Shown here: piece after piece, positions 9,724 through 18,337 of the stretch
Layout: each line of letters opens with the position of its first letter
Position numbering within the stretch: the first letter of the stretch is position 1
Origin: Myxococcota bacterium
GTDB lineage: Bacteria; Myxococcota_A; UBA9160; SZUA-336
Direction of reading: 5' to 3'
DNA: 64,000 nucleotides
Assembly (NCBI GenBank): GCA_965247115.1
Contig: CBDFGR010000002.1
Span: forward strand, 800,001-864,000
Notes under the pieces: generated by a model
Seen by the model: the letters and a program-made list of their open reading frames with translations, nothing else
What the model was told of the DNA's origin: nothing
The model's database searches: none
Made by a program: the position numbers and the translations under genes

Positions 9724-11079
9724 ATGGGGGTTCGAAGTTCTGCCGAAATCTGGCCGCGTGTAGGCATTCTCGTCGGCTCGTTGGCGTTCTTCGCCTGGGT
9801 CGCCTTGAGCACACAGGCTGCCGAGGTGGGCACATACGCCTTCGTGGATGTCACCGTCGTGCCCATGGACCAGGAGCGCGTGATCGAGCGCCAGACCGTG
9901 CTGGTGGATAACGGCCACATCGCGGCGATCGGTCCCGTCGGGGAAACCGAGATTCCCGACACGTCAACCCGTATCGATGGAAGCGGAACGTTCCTGATGC
10001 CGGGCCTTGCCGAGATGCACGGGCACTTCCCGAACCCGAATCCCGAGATCCCCGATCGCTGGCGCGACGACCTGTTGTTGCTCTACGTCGCGAACGGCGT
10101 CACCACGGTGCGGGGCATGCAGGGGCGCGACCACCACCTCGAGCTGCGGAACAAGGTCGAGAGTCGAGAGATTCTGGGGCCGAAGCTGTACGTAGCGAGC
10201 CCGCAGTTTCGAGGGGGGGCCGGACTGGGGGCGGTGCGCTCGGCCGCGGACGCGGAGCGACTCGTCCGCGAATACAACGCGGCCGGGTTCGACTTGCTGA
10301 AAATCCAGGAAGGACTCCGGATGGACGTGTACGACGCGGTGGCCCAGACGGCGCGCGCGGTCGACATCGAATTCGCTGGTCACGTCCCCAACGAGGTGGG
10401 ATTGTTCCGGGCGCTCCAGGCGGGACAGCGGACGATCGATCACATGGACAACATGCTTGACGCGATCGAGGGCAACGAGGCCAGGATCCCGGAGATCGTG
10501 TCCGCGACGCGAGATGCGGGCGCCTGGGTGATTCCCACACAGGTCCTCTGGGAAGTATTCTTGCTAGCCCCACCCGCGGACCAGCTAGAGGCGCAGCGGA
10601 CCGAGATCCAGTATGTGCCGCGTGCGATCCGCAGCTTCTGGCGGCAGGCTCTCGAACGGCGGGGTGAACCGGCCGGAAACGCCGAGGAAGGGGCGCGGCG
10701 CGCGGCGACCAGGCGGAAGCTGTTAAAAGCGCTGAGCGAGGGGGACGTCGGGATCCTGCTCGGCACGGACTCGCCTCAGATCTACAGCGTGCCGGGATTC
10801 TCGATTCACAGAGAGATGCGCGTGATGGTGGAGAGTGGCCTGACACCCTATCAAGTTCTCGCGTCGGGCACGCGGCGTGTCGCGGAGTATCTAGGAACGA
10901 CAGAGACCACCGGGACCGTCGCCGTCGGCAAGCGGGCCGACCTCATTCTCGTCAACGGAAACCCGCTGGAGGATGTGGCCAACGTCGCAAGACGCACCGG
11001 TGTCGTGGTAAACGGCCAGTGGCTGCCGGAGAGCCAGATCCAGGAACGCCTCCACGAGATCTCGGCTTCGAGTCGCTAG
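9724..11079 (+). CDS. Secreted amidohydrolase family protein
   Basis: Signal peptide; MPGLAEMHGH, GVTTVRGM, LLGTDSPQ and GKRADLILV motifs. Confidence 0.92.
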   Translation: MGVRSSAEIWPRVGILVGSLAFFAWVALSTQAAEVGTYAFVDVTVVPMDQERVIERQTVLVDNGHIAAIGPVGETEIPDTSTRIDGSGTFLMPGLAEMHGHFPNPNPEIPDRWRDDLLLLYVANGVTTVRGMQGRDHHLELRNKVESREILGPKLYVASPQFRGGAGLGAVRSAADAERLVREYNAAGFDLLKIQEGLRMDVYDAVAQTARAVDIEFAGHVPNEVGLFRALQAGQRTIDHMDNMLDAIEGNEARIPEIVSATRDAGAWVIPTQVLWEVFLLAPPADQLEAQRTEIQYVPRAIRSFWRQALERRGEPAGNAEEGARRAATRRKLLKALSEGDVGILLGTDSPQIYSVPGFSIHREMRVMVESGLTPYQVLASGTRRVAEYLGTTETTGTVAVGKRADLILVNGNPLEDVANVARRTGVVVNGQWLPESQIQERLHEISASSR

Positions 11080-11193
11080 CTCGGTGCCATAGCCGCGCGC
11101 ATCGTAGGCACGGGAACCACATGGGAACCCGCGGGCAAGCGGCATTTAGCCACTCTGCTCGGCCGACTTCTTCAAGAGAGTGAAGCCTGTTAG

Positions 11194-11243
11194 ATGACTT
11201 TCGTCTTCCTCGTTGGCGCTGGCTTCAACGTGGATGCGAATCA
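11194..11243 (+). pseudogene. N-terminal stub of a SIR2-like protein
   Basis: MTFVFLVGAGFNVDA resembles the SIR2 GAGxS loop. Confidence 0.5.
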
Positions 11244-11245
11244 CG

Positions 11246-11480
11246 TAGCCAAGGCGCGCGCGACGCGGAACGACAAGCTGCACGCCGCGATGATGAAGTC
11301 CGCACTGGGCGGCAACGCCACGATGCAGATCAGGCTCTCGAAGCAGTGGCTCGGGATGCGGGACGTCCGCGCCCTGAGCTCACCGGATCGAGTGGTGGTC
11401 CGCTCGAGGTCGACAGTGGACTCCGGCCGGTCCTCGAGAAGAAGCTCGCGGAGTTCCTGCGGAGCCGCAGGAAGGGTTGA
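11246..11480 (+). pseudogene. Phage terminase small subunit-like C-terminal remnant (frameshifted)
   Basis: KSALGGNATMQIRLSKQWLGMRD then, in a shifted frame, ELTGSSGGPLEV...EKKLAEFLRSRRKG*. Confidence 0.6.
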
Positions 11481-11722
11481 TCAGCCAGCGCATCCTGAGC
11501 CGCCTCTGCCCCCGAGGGGCGCTCCCACCTTAGGCACGGGCGCAGACCAGCGCGGCAGGCGACATCGCCTTGCCATCAGCAGGTCGCCGAGAAATCGAAG
11601 GCGGCTTTGCCGGTTTGCACCCGCGGGTCCGGACCCGCACCAACGATCACGACATGGCTCATCGCGATCCTCCTTCCTTCGGAACGCCACAATAACGGAG
11701 TGCTTGATTCCAGCTGGGTGCG

Positions 11723-13199
11723 TTATTTCGAATTCTGTTCCAACGCAAATTTTTCTTCCGGCGACATCACCAACCGGTGACGCCCGAAGAAATGAAAATA
11801 GGCGGCGCCCAGCATGAACCAGACGGCCACGCCGATAACACCTGTACGATAGGTCGCATCACCCAGTTGAAACGCCAGCGTTATCGCCGCGATGACAACG
11901 GTAACGTACGCGCCGAGTTGCCCCAGGGGGCTCCTATACGGTCGATCGATACTCGGCTGATTGCGACGCAATCGGATAAAGCTCACGCCTTGCATGATGT
12001 AGGAGAACATGGCCGAACACGGCCATGTTCAGCAGGGTGCCGCCAATGATTGCCGTACCCCGCTCCGCGCCCATCAGAAACCAGACGCCCAGCATAACGG
12101 CGAGGCCAAGAAGTGCGCCTGTGACCATGGCAACATGGGGCGTCTTGCGATCCCCGTGCGTGAGCGAGAGAAAGGTCGGGAAGTAGCCCGCCCGAGACAA
12201 CGAATAGATCTGTCGACCCTCGGCAAAGATGATGGTGTGAAACGAAGCGATCAGGCCCACCACCGCGATCAGCGCGAGTAACTTGGCCGTTTCACCTCCG
12301 TAGATGGCCCGGAATCCATCCAATAAAGGCTCGGCGGACTGACCGAGCGCGTGAGACCCCACCCCTATAACGCCGGGATTCAAAAACAAGATCAGAAACG
12401 CTGACAGCATCAGCGTCAACATCCCGGCAATGATTCCGCGAGGAATGTCCCGCTGCGGCGCGCGCGACTCTTCGGCCGCCAGAGGCAACTGCTCGATAGC
12501 AAGAAACAACCACACCGCAAAGGGCAATGCGGTCAGCGCCCCGGAAAATCCGAACGGTAGCAACGGACCGTGGCCACCAGGCAACAAACCCCCGCCTCGC
12601 GCGATATCAAGCGCCGCCCCTGAAAAGTCGAACTGCGGTATCGCGGACACCCAGAAAACAGCGAGGCTTGTCAGTGCCGCGAGGGTGACAAACACCGTCA
12701 CCCTGAACGAGAGCGCCACTCCCCTTGCATTCAGCGCCACGAACAGGGCGTAAGCCAGCGCCCAATAGACCGGCAGCAGCTCCATCGGCGTTTCGAATAT
12801 CTGACTCAAGTACGATGAAATGAAAAAGACGATCACCGCGGGTGTCAGCACGTATTCCACATTCTCGGCCAGGCCGGTCAGAAAGCCGCCCCAGGGACCC
12901 ATGGCGGTACGGGCGAAGGAATAGGCGCCACCGGTATGCGGCAGCGCCGGGCTCATTTCCGCAATGGAAAAGACCAGCCCGAGAAACATCACCATGATGA
13001 TTACCGTGGCGATGAACATGCCTCCCCAACCACCCACCGCCAAGCCGATGTTCCAACCCGAGAAGTGGCCGGAGATCACCGCGCCCACGCCCAGTGCCCA
13101 CAGCGACCAGACTCCGGCATGGCGCTTCAAGCCCCGCTTTTCGAAGTACTCCGCATCTTTCTGGCTGTAGCTGACTCCGAAATTGTGGTTGCCTGGCAT
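11723..13199 (-). pseudogene. APC amino acid permease (ethanolamine permease Eat-like), frameshifted near 12020
   Basis: WALGVGAVISGHFSGWN and WLFLAIEQLPLAAEE motifs; C-terminus MFSYIMQ...RPYRSPLG continues in another frame. Confidence 0.85.
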
Positions 13200-13264
13200 T
13201 CAGACCATCCTGCTACGTTGTTGTTCGTTGCCCCGCTACCTGTTGCGGATGATACGCTGTCGAA

Positions 13265-14404
13265 ATGAATTTCCCTGATCGAAACTTTCGCCTCGTCACG
13301 GCACTCCTGTTGGTCTGCCTCCTCCCGTACCCCACCGCCATGGCGGAAGACGCTTTGGGAAATCTCGTTCTAGTGACCGTGGATGGCATTCGTTGGCAGG
13401 AAGTGTTTGATGGCGTCGACCCCAAATTGATCGAGGACAGTCGCTATTCCCGAAACCCCGAGCTGCTGAAGAAAACCTACTGGCACGAACAACGAAGCAA
13501 ACGGCGTCAACGGCTTTTTCCATTTCTGTGGTCGGTGATCGCCTCCGAAGGTGTGCTGGTCGGAGACCGAGAGCACGAAAGCTATATGGATGTCAGCAAC
13601 TCCTGGTGGTTTTCCTACCCCGGCTACAACGAAATTCTCACTGGGCGAGCCGATCCTGCCATCGATTCCAACGATCCCAACTGGAACGCGAATGTCACAT
13701 TCTTGGAAATTCTGAATGGCATGACTGGTTTCACAGGCCGTGTGTTGGCCTTTGGCTCCTGGAAGGTCTTTCCCTATATCATCAACGCCCAACGCAGTGG
13801 AATCCCGGTGAATGCCGGGTTCGCAATCGAAACGCCTGCTGCAAGCGAACAGATCCGTTGGTTAAATAAGGTCTCCGCTGAAGCGCCCAGGCTTTGGTCG
13901 GCCGTTAGGGTTGATTTCATCACCCATGGATACGCCATGGAGGCTCTCAGGCGTCAGCGCCCCCGCGTACTCTATATCGCTTATGGTGAAACCGATGACT
14001 TTGCCCATGACCGCAGTTACGACCGCTACGTTGATGCGGCACACCGGACAGATCAGATGCTGTCAGGCTTGTGGGATTGGCTGCAGACTTCGCCCTTTTA
14101 TGACGGCCGCACCACGCTGATCATCACCACAGATCACGGTAGAGGAAATACGCCGGATGGTTGGCCCCATCACGCCAGTGCCGCCGCCACCGCCAAACGC
14201 GGCATTCTGGATGCGCCTGACGGCGTAGTGGGGTCCAACGAAATCTGGCTTGCGGCCATTGGGCCTTCCATCCATTCGAAGGGTCTGACCAAGGGGCGCT
14301 GGAAACAATCGCAAATTGCCGCAACCGCACTGGCCAGTCTGCAGCTGGATCCGGTCAAGTTGTTACCACGCGCCGACAAAGCCATGCTCCAACTGTTGCG
14401 TTGA
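13265..14404 (+). CDS. Alkaline phosphatase superfamily protein (phosphoglyceromutase/sulfatase-like), secreted
   Basis: VTVDGIRWQE, FSYPGYNEILTG, ETDDFAH and TTDHGRG motifs. Confidence 0.9.
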   Translation: MNFPDRNFRLVTALLLVCLLPYPTAMAEDALGNLVLVTVDGIRWQEVFDGVDPKLIEDSRYSRNPELLKKTYWHEQRSKRRQRLFPFLWSVIASEGVLVGDREHESYMDVSNSWWFSYPGYNEILTGRADPAIDSNDPNWNANVTFLEILNGMTGFTGRVLAFGSWKVFPYIINAQRSGIPVNAGFAIETPAASEQIRWLNKVSAEAPRLWSAVRVDFITHGYAMEALRRQRPRVLYIAYGETDDFAHDRSYDRYVDAAHRTDQMLSGLWDWLQTSPFYDGRTTLIITTDHGRGNTPDGWPHHASAAATAKRGILDAPDGVVGSNEIWLAAIGPSIHSKGLTKGRWKQSQIAATALASLQLDPVKLLPRADKAMLQLLR

Positions 14405-14426
14405 CGCAGGCACGGGGAAATATCTC

Positions 14427-14661
14427 CTATTCCCGACGCGGCGCACAGACCTCGAGTTGATGCCCGTCGGGATCGTCGAAATAGATTGATCGTGCCGGCA
14501 TCCAGTCGTGCGTCACGGGACCCGAGACGTCGATATGGCGGTCACGCAGCCGCGCTGCGACCGCCTCGATCTGCGCATCGTCGGCCGTGAACGCAAAGTG
14601 AAGGGGACGCCACGCCTCGGGCCGGGCAGACCTCTGCTTCAACCCGATGCGAGTTGGCGCA
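14427..14661 (-). pseudogene. VOC/glyoxalase C-terminal fragment
   Basis: LHFAF...SIYFDDPDGHQLE; cut at CTAG 14662. Confidence 0.75.
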
Positions 14662-14973
14662 CTAGTCGCGTTGACGGTGGCGGTTTGGAGGCGGACCTAG
14701 CGTCCGAAAGATCGTGGGCGTTCTCTGCTCAGGCGAGGCAGACTGCTCGTCCGCCAGAAGGGACTCAGGCACAGCTGCTCGGGGACTTCGCAGGCCGCTC
14801 AGAGAATTTCGTCGATCCGAACGAGCGCCCTCAGCCCAAGGGAGTCTCGGAGCCCAGCGGACTTTGTGTCGTCCGCCGAGTTTCCCACAGGGAGCGTGAG
14901 CCCGTGCGGAACCGCAGGTCTCGCCGCAGGTCTCCGTTCCTCGTGACAAAACTCTCTCGTCTATACTAGCCCC

Positions 14974-17667
14974 GTGCAACGCTCACGCGCCCTGATCCTC
15001 TTCGGCATCCTCGTTCTGATCACCGTCGTGCCCGCGCTGATCAAGTTCTATACGGACTGGATCTGGTTCGCGCAGGTCGGCTATCTGGAGGTGTTCCTGC
15101 GCTCGATCACGGCGCGGCTCGCGCTCGGGTCGATCGCGTTCGTGCTGGCGTTCGGCGTTCTCGCCGCCAACTTCTACCTGGCGCAGGGGGCGCTGCGGCG
15201 GCGCGAGTTCCGGGTCATGGGCGAGGCTGGGCCGCGCATCGTCTCGGTCGACCTGACCCGGATCAAGGTGTTCGTCTACCTCGGCGCGGGCGTGCTCGCA
15301 TTCCTGATCGCCCTCTACGCCTCGTCGCAGTGGGAGACCTGGCTGCTATGGCGCCACGCCGTGCCGTTCGGGTCGACCGATCCGATCCTGGGGAACGACA
15401 CCGCCTTCTACATCTTTCAGCTGCCGTTCTACCAGTTCGTTCAGGGCCTGGCGCTGGTCACGGTCCTCCTCGCGGCAGCGGGCGTAGCGGGTGCCCACGG
15501 CGCGTCGGGGAACCTCTCGTTCGACGCGGCCCGCGGGGTCGTGGCGACCCGCATGGTCACACGTCACCTGTCCGTGCTGGGGGCCCTGGTCCTGCTGCTG
15601 CTGGCGGTGGGGACCTACCTCCGGATCCCCGAACTCCTGACCACGGACTCCGGAACCGTCTTCGGCGCCTCGTACGCGGACGTCCACGCGCGCATGCCGG
15701 CCCTGCGACTCCTCATTGCCGCCTGCCTGATTGGGGCGGCGCTGGCCCTCTTTCAGGTGCGGCTCCAGCGTCTGTGGCCGGCTGCGGGAGCGGCGGGCCT
15801 CTACCTCGTGGTCGCCTTCGGCGGGGCCGCGTACTCGGCCGTCATCCAGCGCTTCGTGGTCGCCCCGAACGAGCAGGTTCGCGAGACCCCCTACATCATC
15901 CACAACATCGCCATGACGCGGGACGCGTTCGGGCTGGACGGCGTGGTCGAGCGGCCGCTCTCGGGGGAGGCGCGTCTGACGCTCGACGACCTCGAGAACA
16001 ACCGGGCGACCCTCGACAACGTGCCGCTCTGGAACGACCAGCCGCTGCTCGACACGTTCGGGCAGATCCAGGAGATCCGCACGTACTACGACTTCGTGTC
16101 GGTCGACAATGACCGGTACACGATCGATGGCGAGTACCGCCAGATCATGCTGTCAGCGCGGGAGCTCAACTCGGAGAGCCTGCCGAGCCGCTCCTGGATC
16201 AACGAACGGCTCACCTTCACCCACGGCTACGGGCTGACCCTCGGGCCCGTGAATCAGGTCACGCCCGAGGGGCTGCCCGTCCTGTTCATCAAGGACCTGC
16301 CGCCCAAGTCCGCGGTCGGCCTGGAGATCACGCAGCCCGCGGTGTACTACGGCGAGCTCTCGAGCGATCACGTCTTCGTCAACACCAAGACCGAGGAGTT
16401 CGACTACCCCGAGGGTGAGGACAACAAGTTCACGCGGTACGAGGGCGACGGGGGCGTCGTCTTGGGTGGGCTCTTCCGGCGGCTGATGTTCGCGATCCGG
16501 TTCCGGTCCACGGACACGCTCTTCTCGCCGAACCTCACGCCGGAGACGCGCGTGATGCTGTATCGCCGGATCTCGGAGCGCGTGCGGCGGATCGCCCCCT
16601 TCCTGACCTACGATCCGGACCCCTACCTGGCGATCTCCGGAGGCGGTCTGGTCTGGGTCCAGGACGCCTACACCACCAGCGGCAGCTACCCCTACTCGAC
16701 CCCCGCCGCGAACGATCTCAACTACATCCGCAACTCCGTGAAGGTCACCATCAACGCCTACGACGGGAGGACGACGTTCCACCTGCTGGACCCCGACGAC
16801 CCGATCGCGGCGACACTCGATCGCGTCTTCCCGGGCCTCTTCACACCGCTCGGGGAGATGGCGGACGACCTGCGCACGCGCCTGCGCTACCCGCCCGGCA
16901 TCTTCGGGATTCAGGCGGCGATGTTCTCGACGTTCCACATGACGAACCCCGCGGTCTTCTACAACCGTGAGGACCAGTGGGACATCCCGTCGATCGATGA
17001 CGGCCTCGAGTCGCGGCGGATGGAGCCCTACTACACCATCATGAAGCTCCCGGGTGAGTCGGGGGCCGAGTACATTCAGATGCTGCCGTTCACGCCCCGC
17101 CAGAAGGAGAACCTGGCCGCGTGGATGGTCGCGCGCAGCGACGGGGAGAACTACGGGCAGCTGGCCACCTTCCAGTTCCCGAAGCAGACAGTGGTGTTCG
17201 GTCCGAACCAGATCGCGGCCCGCATCAACCAGGACCAGGACATCGCGCCTCAGATCACGCTCTGGAACCAGCAGGGGTCCGAGGTGATCCAGGGCAACCT
17301 CCTCGTCATCCCGATCGAGGAGTCGCTCATCTACATCCGCCCGCTCTACCTGCGGGCGGCCGGGGGCCGCATCCCCGAGATGAAGCGGGTGATGGTCGCC
17401 TACCGGAACCAGATCGTGATGGAGGAGTCGCTCGACCAGGCCCTCGAGCGGATGTTCCCGAGCGACGGACGGGCGCTCGTAGCGGCCCCCGAGGAGTTCC
17501 GCCCCGATCTGGGGACAGCGGACGGAACCGACCTGGCCGGAGAGGCTCAGCTGCACTACCAGCGGGCCATCCGAGCGCAGCGCGAGGGCGATTGGGCCCG
17601 CTACGGCGAGGAGTTCGAGCGGTTGGGCCAGATCCTGGAGCGCCTCGGCTCCCAGCCGACCGACTAG
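14974..17667 (+). CDS. UPF0182 family membrane protein
   Basis: FYTDWIWF..GY..VF, GASYADVHA, QEIRTYYDF, DNDRY, YIRNSVK and EPYY motifs. Confidence 0.95.
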   Translation: MQRSRALILFGILVLITVVPALIKFYTDWIWFAQVGYLEVFLRSITARLALGSIAFVLAFGVLAANFYLAQGALRRREFRVMGEAGPRIVSVDLTRIKVFVYLGAGVLAFLIALYASSQWETWLLWRHAVPFGSTDPILGNDTAFYIFQLPFYQFVQGLALVTVLLAAAGVAGAHGASGNLSFDAARGVVATRMVTRHLSVLGALVLLLLAVGTYLRIPELLTTDSGTVFGASYADVHARMPALRLLIAACLIGAALALFQVRLQRLWPAAGAAGLYLVVAFGGAAYSAVIQRFVVAPNEQVRETPYIIHNIAMTRDAFGLDGVVERPLSGEARLTLDDLENNRATLDNVPLWNDQPLLDTFGQIQEIRTYYDFVSVDNDRYTIDGEYRQIMLSARELNSESLPSRSWINERLTFTHGYGLTLGPVNQVTPEGLPVLFIKDLPPKSAVGLEITQPAVYYGELSSDHVFVNTKTEEFDYPEGEDNKFTRYEGDGGVVLGGLFRRLMFAIRFRSTDTLFSPNLTPETRVMLYRRISERVRRIAPFLTYDPDPYLAISGGGLVWVQDAYTTSGSYPYSTPAANDLNYIRNSVKVTINAYDGRTTFHLLDPDDPIAATLDRVFPGLFTPLGEMADDLRTRLRYPPGIFGIQAAMFSTFHMTNPAVFYNREDQWDIPSIDDGLESRRMEPYYTIMKLPGESGAEYIQMLPFTPRQKENLAAWMVARSDGENYGQLATFQFPKQTVVFGPNQIAARINQDQDIAPQITLWNQQGSEVIQGNLLVIPIEESLIYIRPLYLRAAGGRIPEMKRVMVAYRNQIVMEESLDQALERMFPSDGRALVAAPEEFRPDLGTADGTDLAGEAQLHYQRAIRAQREGDWARYGEEFERLGQILERLGSQPTD

Positions 17668-17668
17668 G

Positions 17669-17915
17669 GTGAAGTATGCCGCGGTCGGGATCGCGGTGCT
17701 GTCTGCGCTCGCGTTCGGCTGGCTGTTCTACCAGAGCCGTGTCGCGAATCCCCGGGTGGAGCTCGAGCTACGCCAGCGCCCCGACGGAGAGCGGGCGCGT
17801 CGGGTCATGCTCGTGACGCTGCCCAGCGGGCGGACGCTTCCCGTCAACTACCTGCGTGAGGCCGATAGGGTCTACGCGGGCGCGGACGGGCGCTGGTGGA
17901 GGGAGCTGCGGGGAT
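17669..17915 (+). pseudogene. Membrane-anchored hypothetical protein, truncated by att-arm DNA
   Basis: LPVNYLRE..VYAGADGRWWRELRG, after which the frame runs into the 17950 repeat region. Confidence 0.55.
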
Positions 17916-18065
17916 CCCCGACTCGAGCCTGTTGCCCGACGGGCAGCTATGTAACAACGATGTAGCAGCGGGAACGGCACAGCCCGGTTCAAGGTGGGAC
18001 GGCTGCCGCCCTCCAAGCCCTTGATCCGGCGTCCCATGTCGTCCCGCGGCGTGCCGTCGGGGGCG

Positions 18066-18111
18066 ATTCGTAATCAGCATGTCAGCGGTTCGAGTCCGCT
18101 CGTCGGCTCCA
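18066..18111 (+). mobile_element. att scar: 3' half of tRNA-Thr(CGT), copy 2
   Basis: One mismatch to 8968-9013; both copies are followed by GGGATTC (53-bp direct repeat in total). Confidence 0.9.
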
Positions 18112-18337
18112 GGGATTCGCCTTCCATCTCGACTAGTTGCGTGCGCGGGACGACTACCGCAGCCCGCGCCATGCCGACGTGGAACAGCTCGTCGGCAAAC
18201 CGCCGGTGGTCCGACTTCGGCTCGCGTTCGGTGATCCAACAACGAATTTGCCCGCAGGAGTTTATGGCCCGAATCACAACACGAGCAATCTGCCATCGCT
18301 GCTGGGCGCCGCACGTCGACTAAGCGAAACAGACTGA

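Noticed and set aside
11189..11196. Integron cassette array (GTTAGAT before an ATG; GTTAGGC near 55306)
   Set aside because: No matching RYYYAAC inverse core or attC hairpin found, gene orientations are mixed, and there is no intI.
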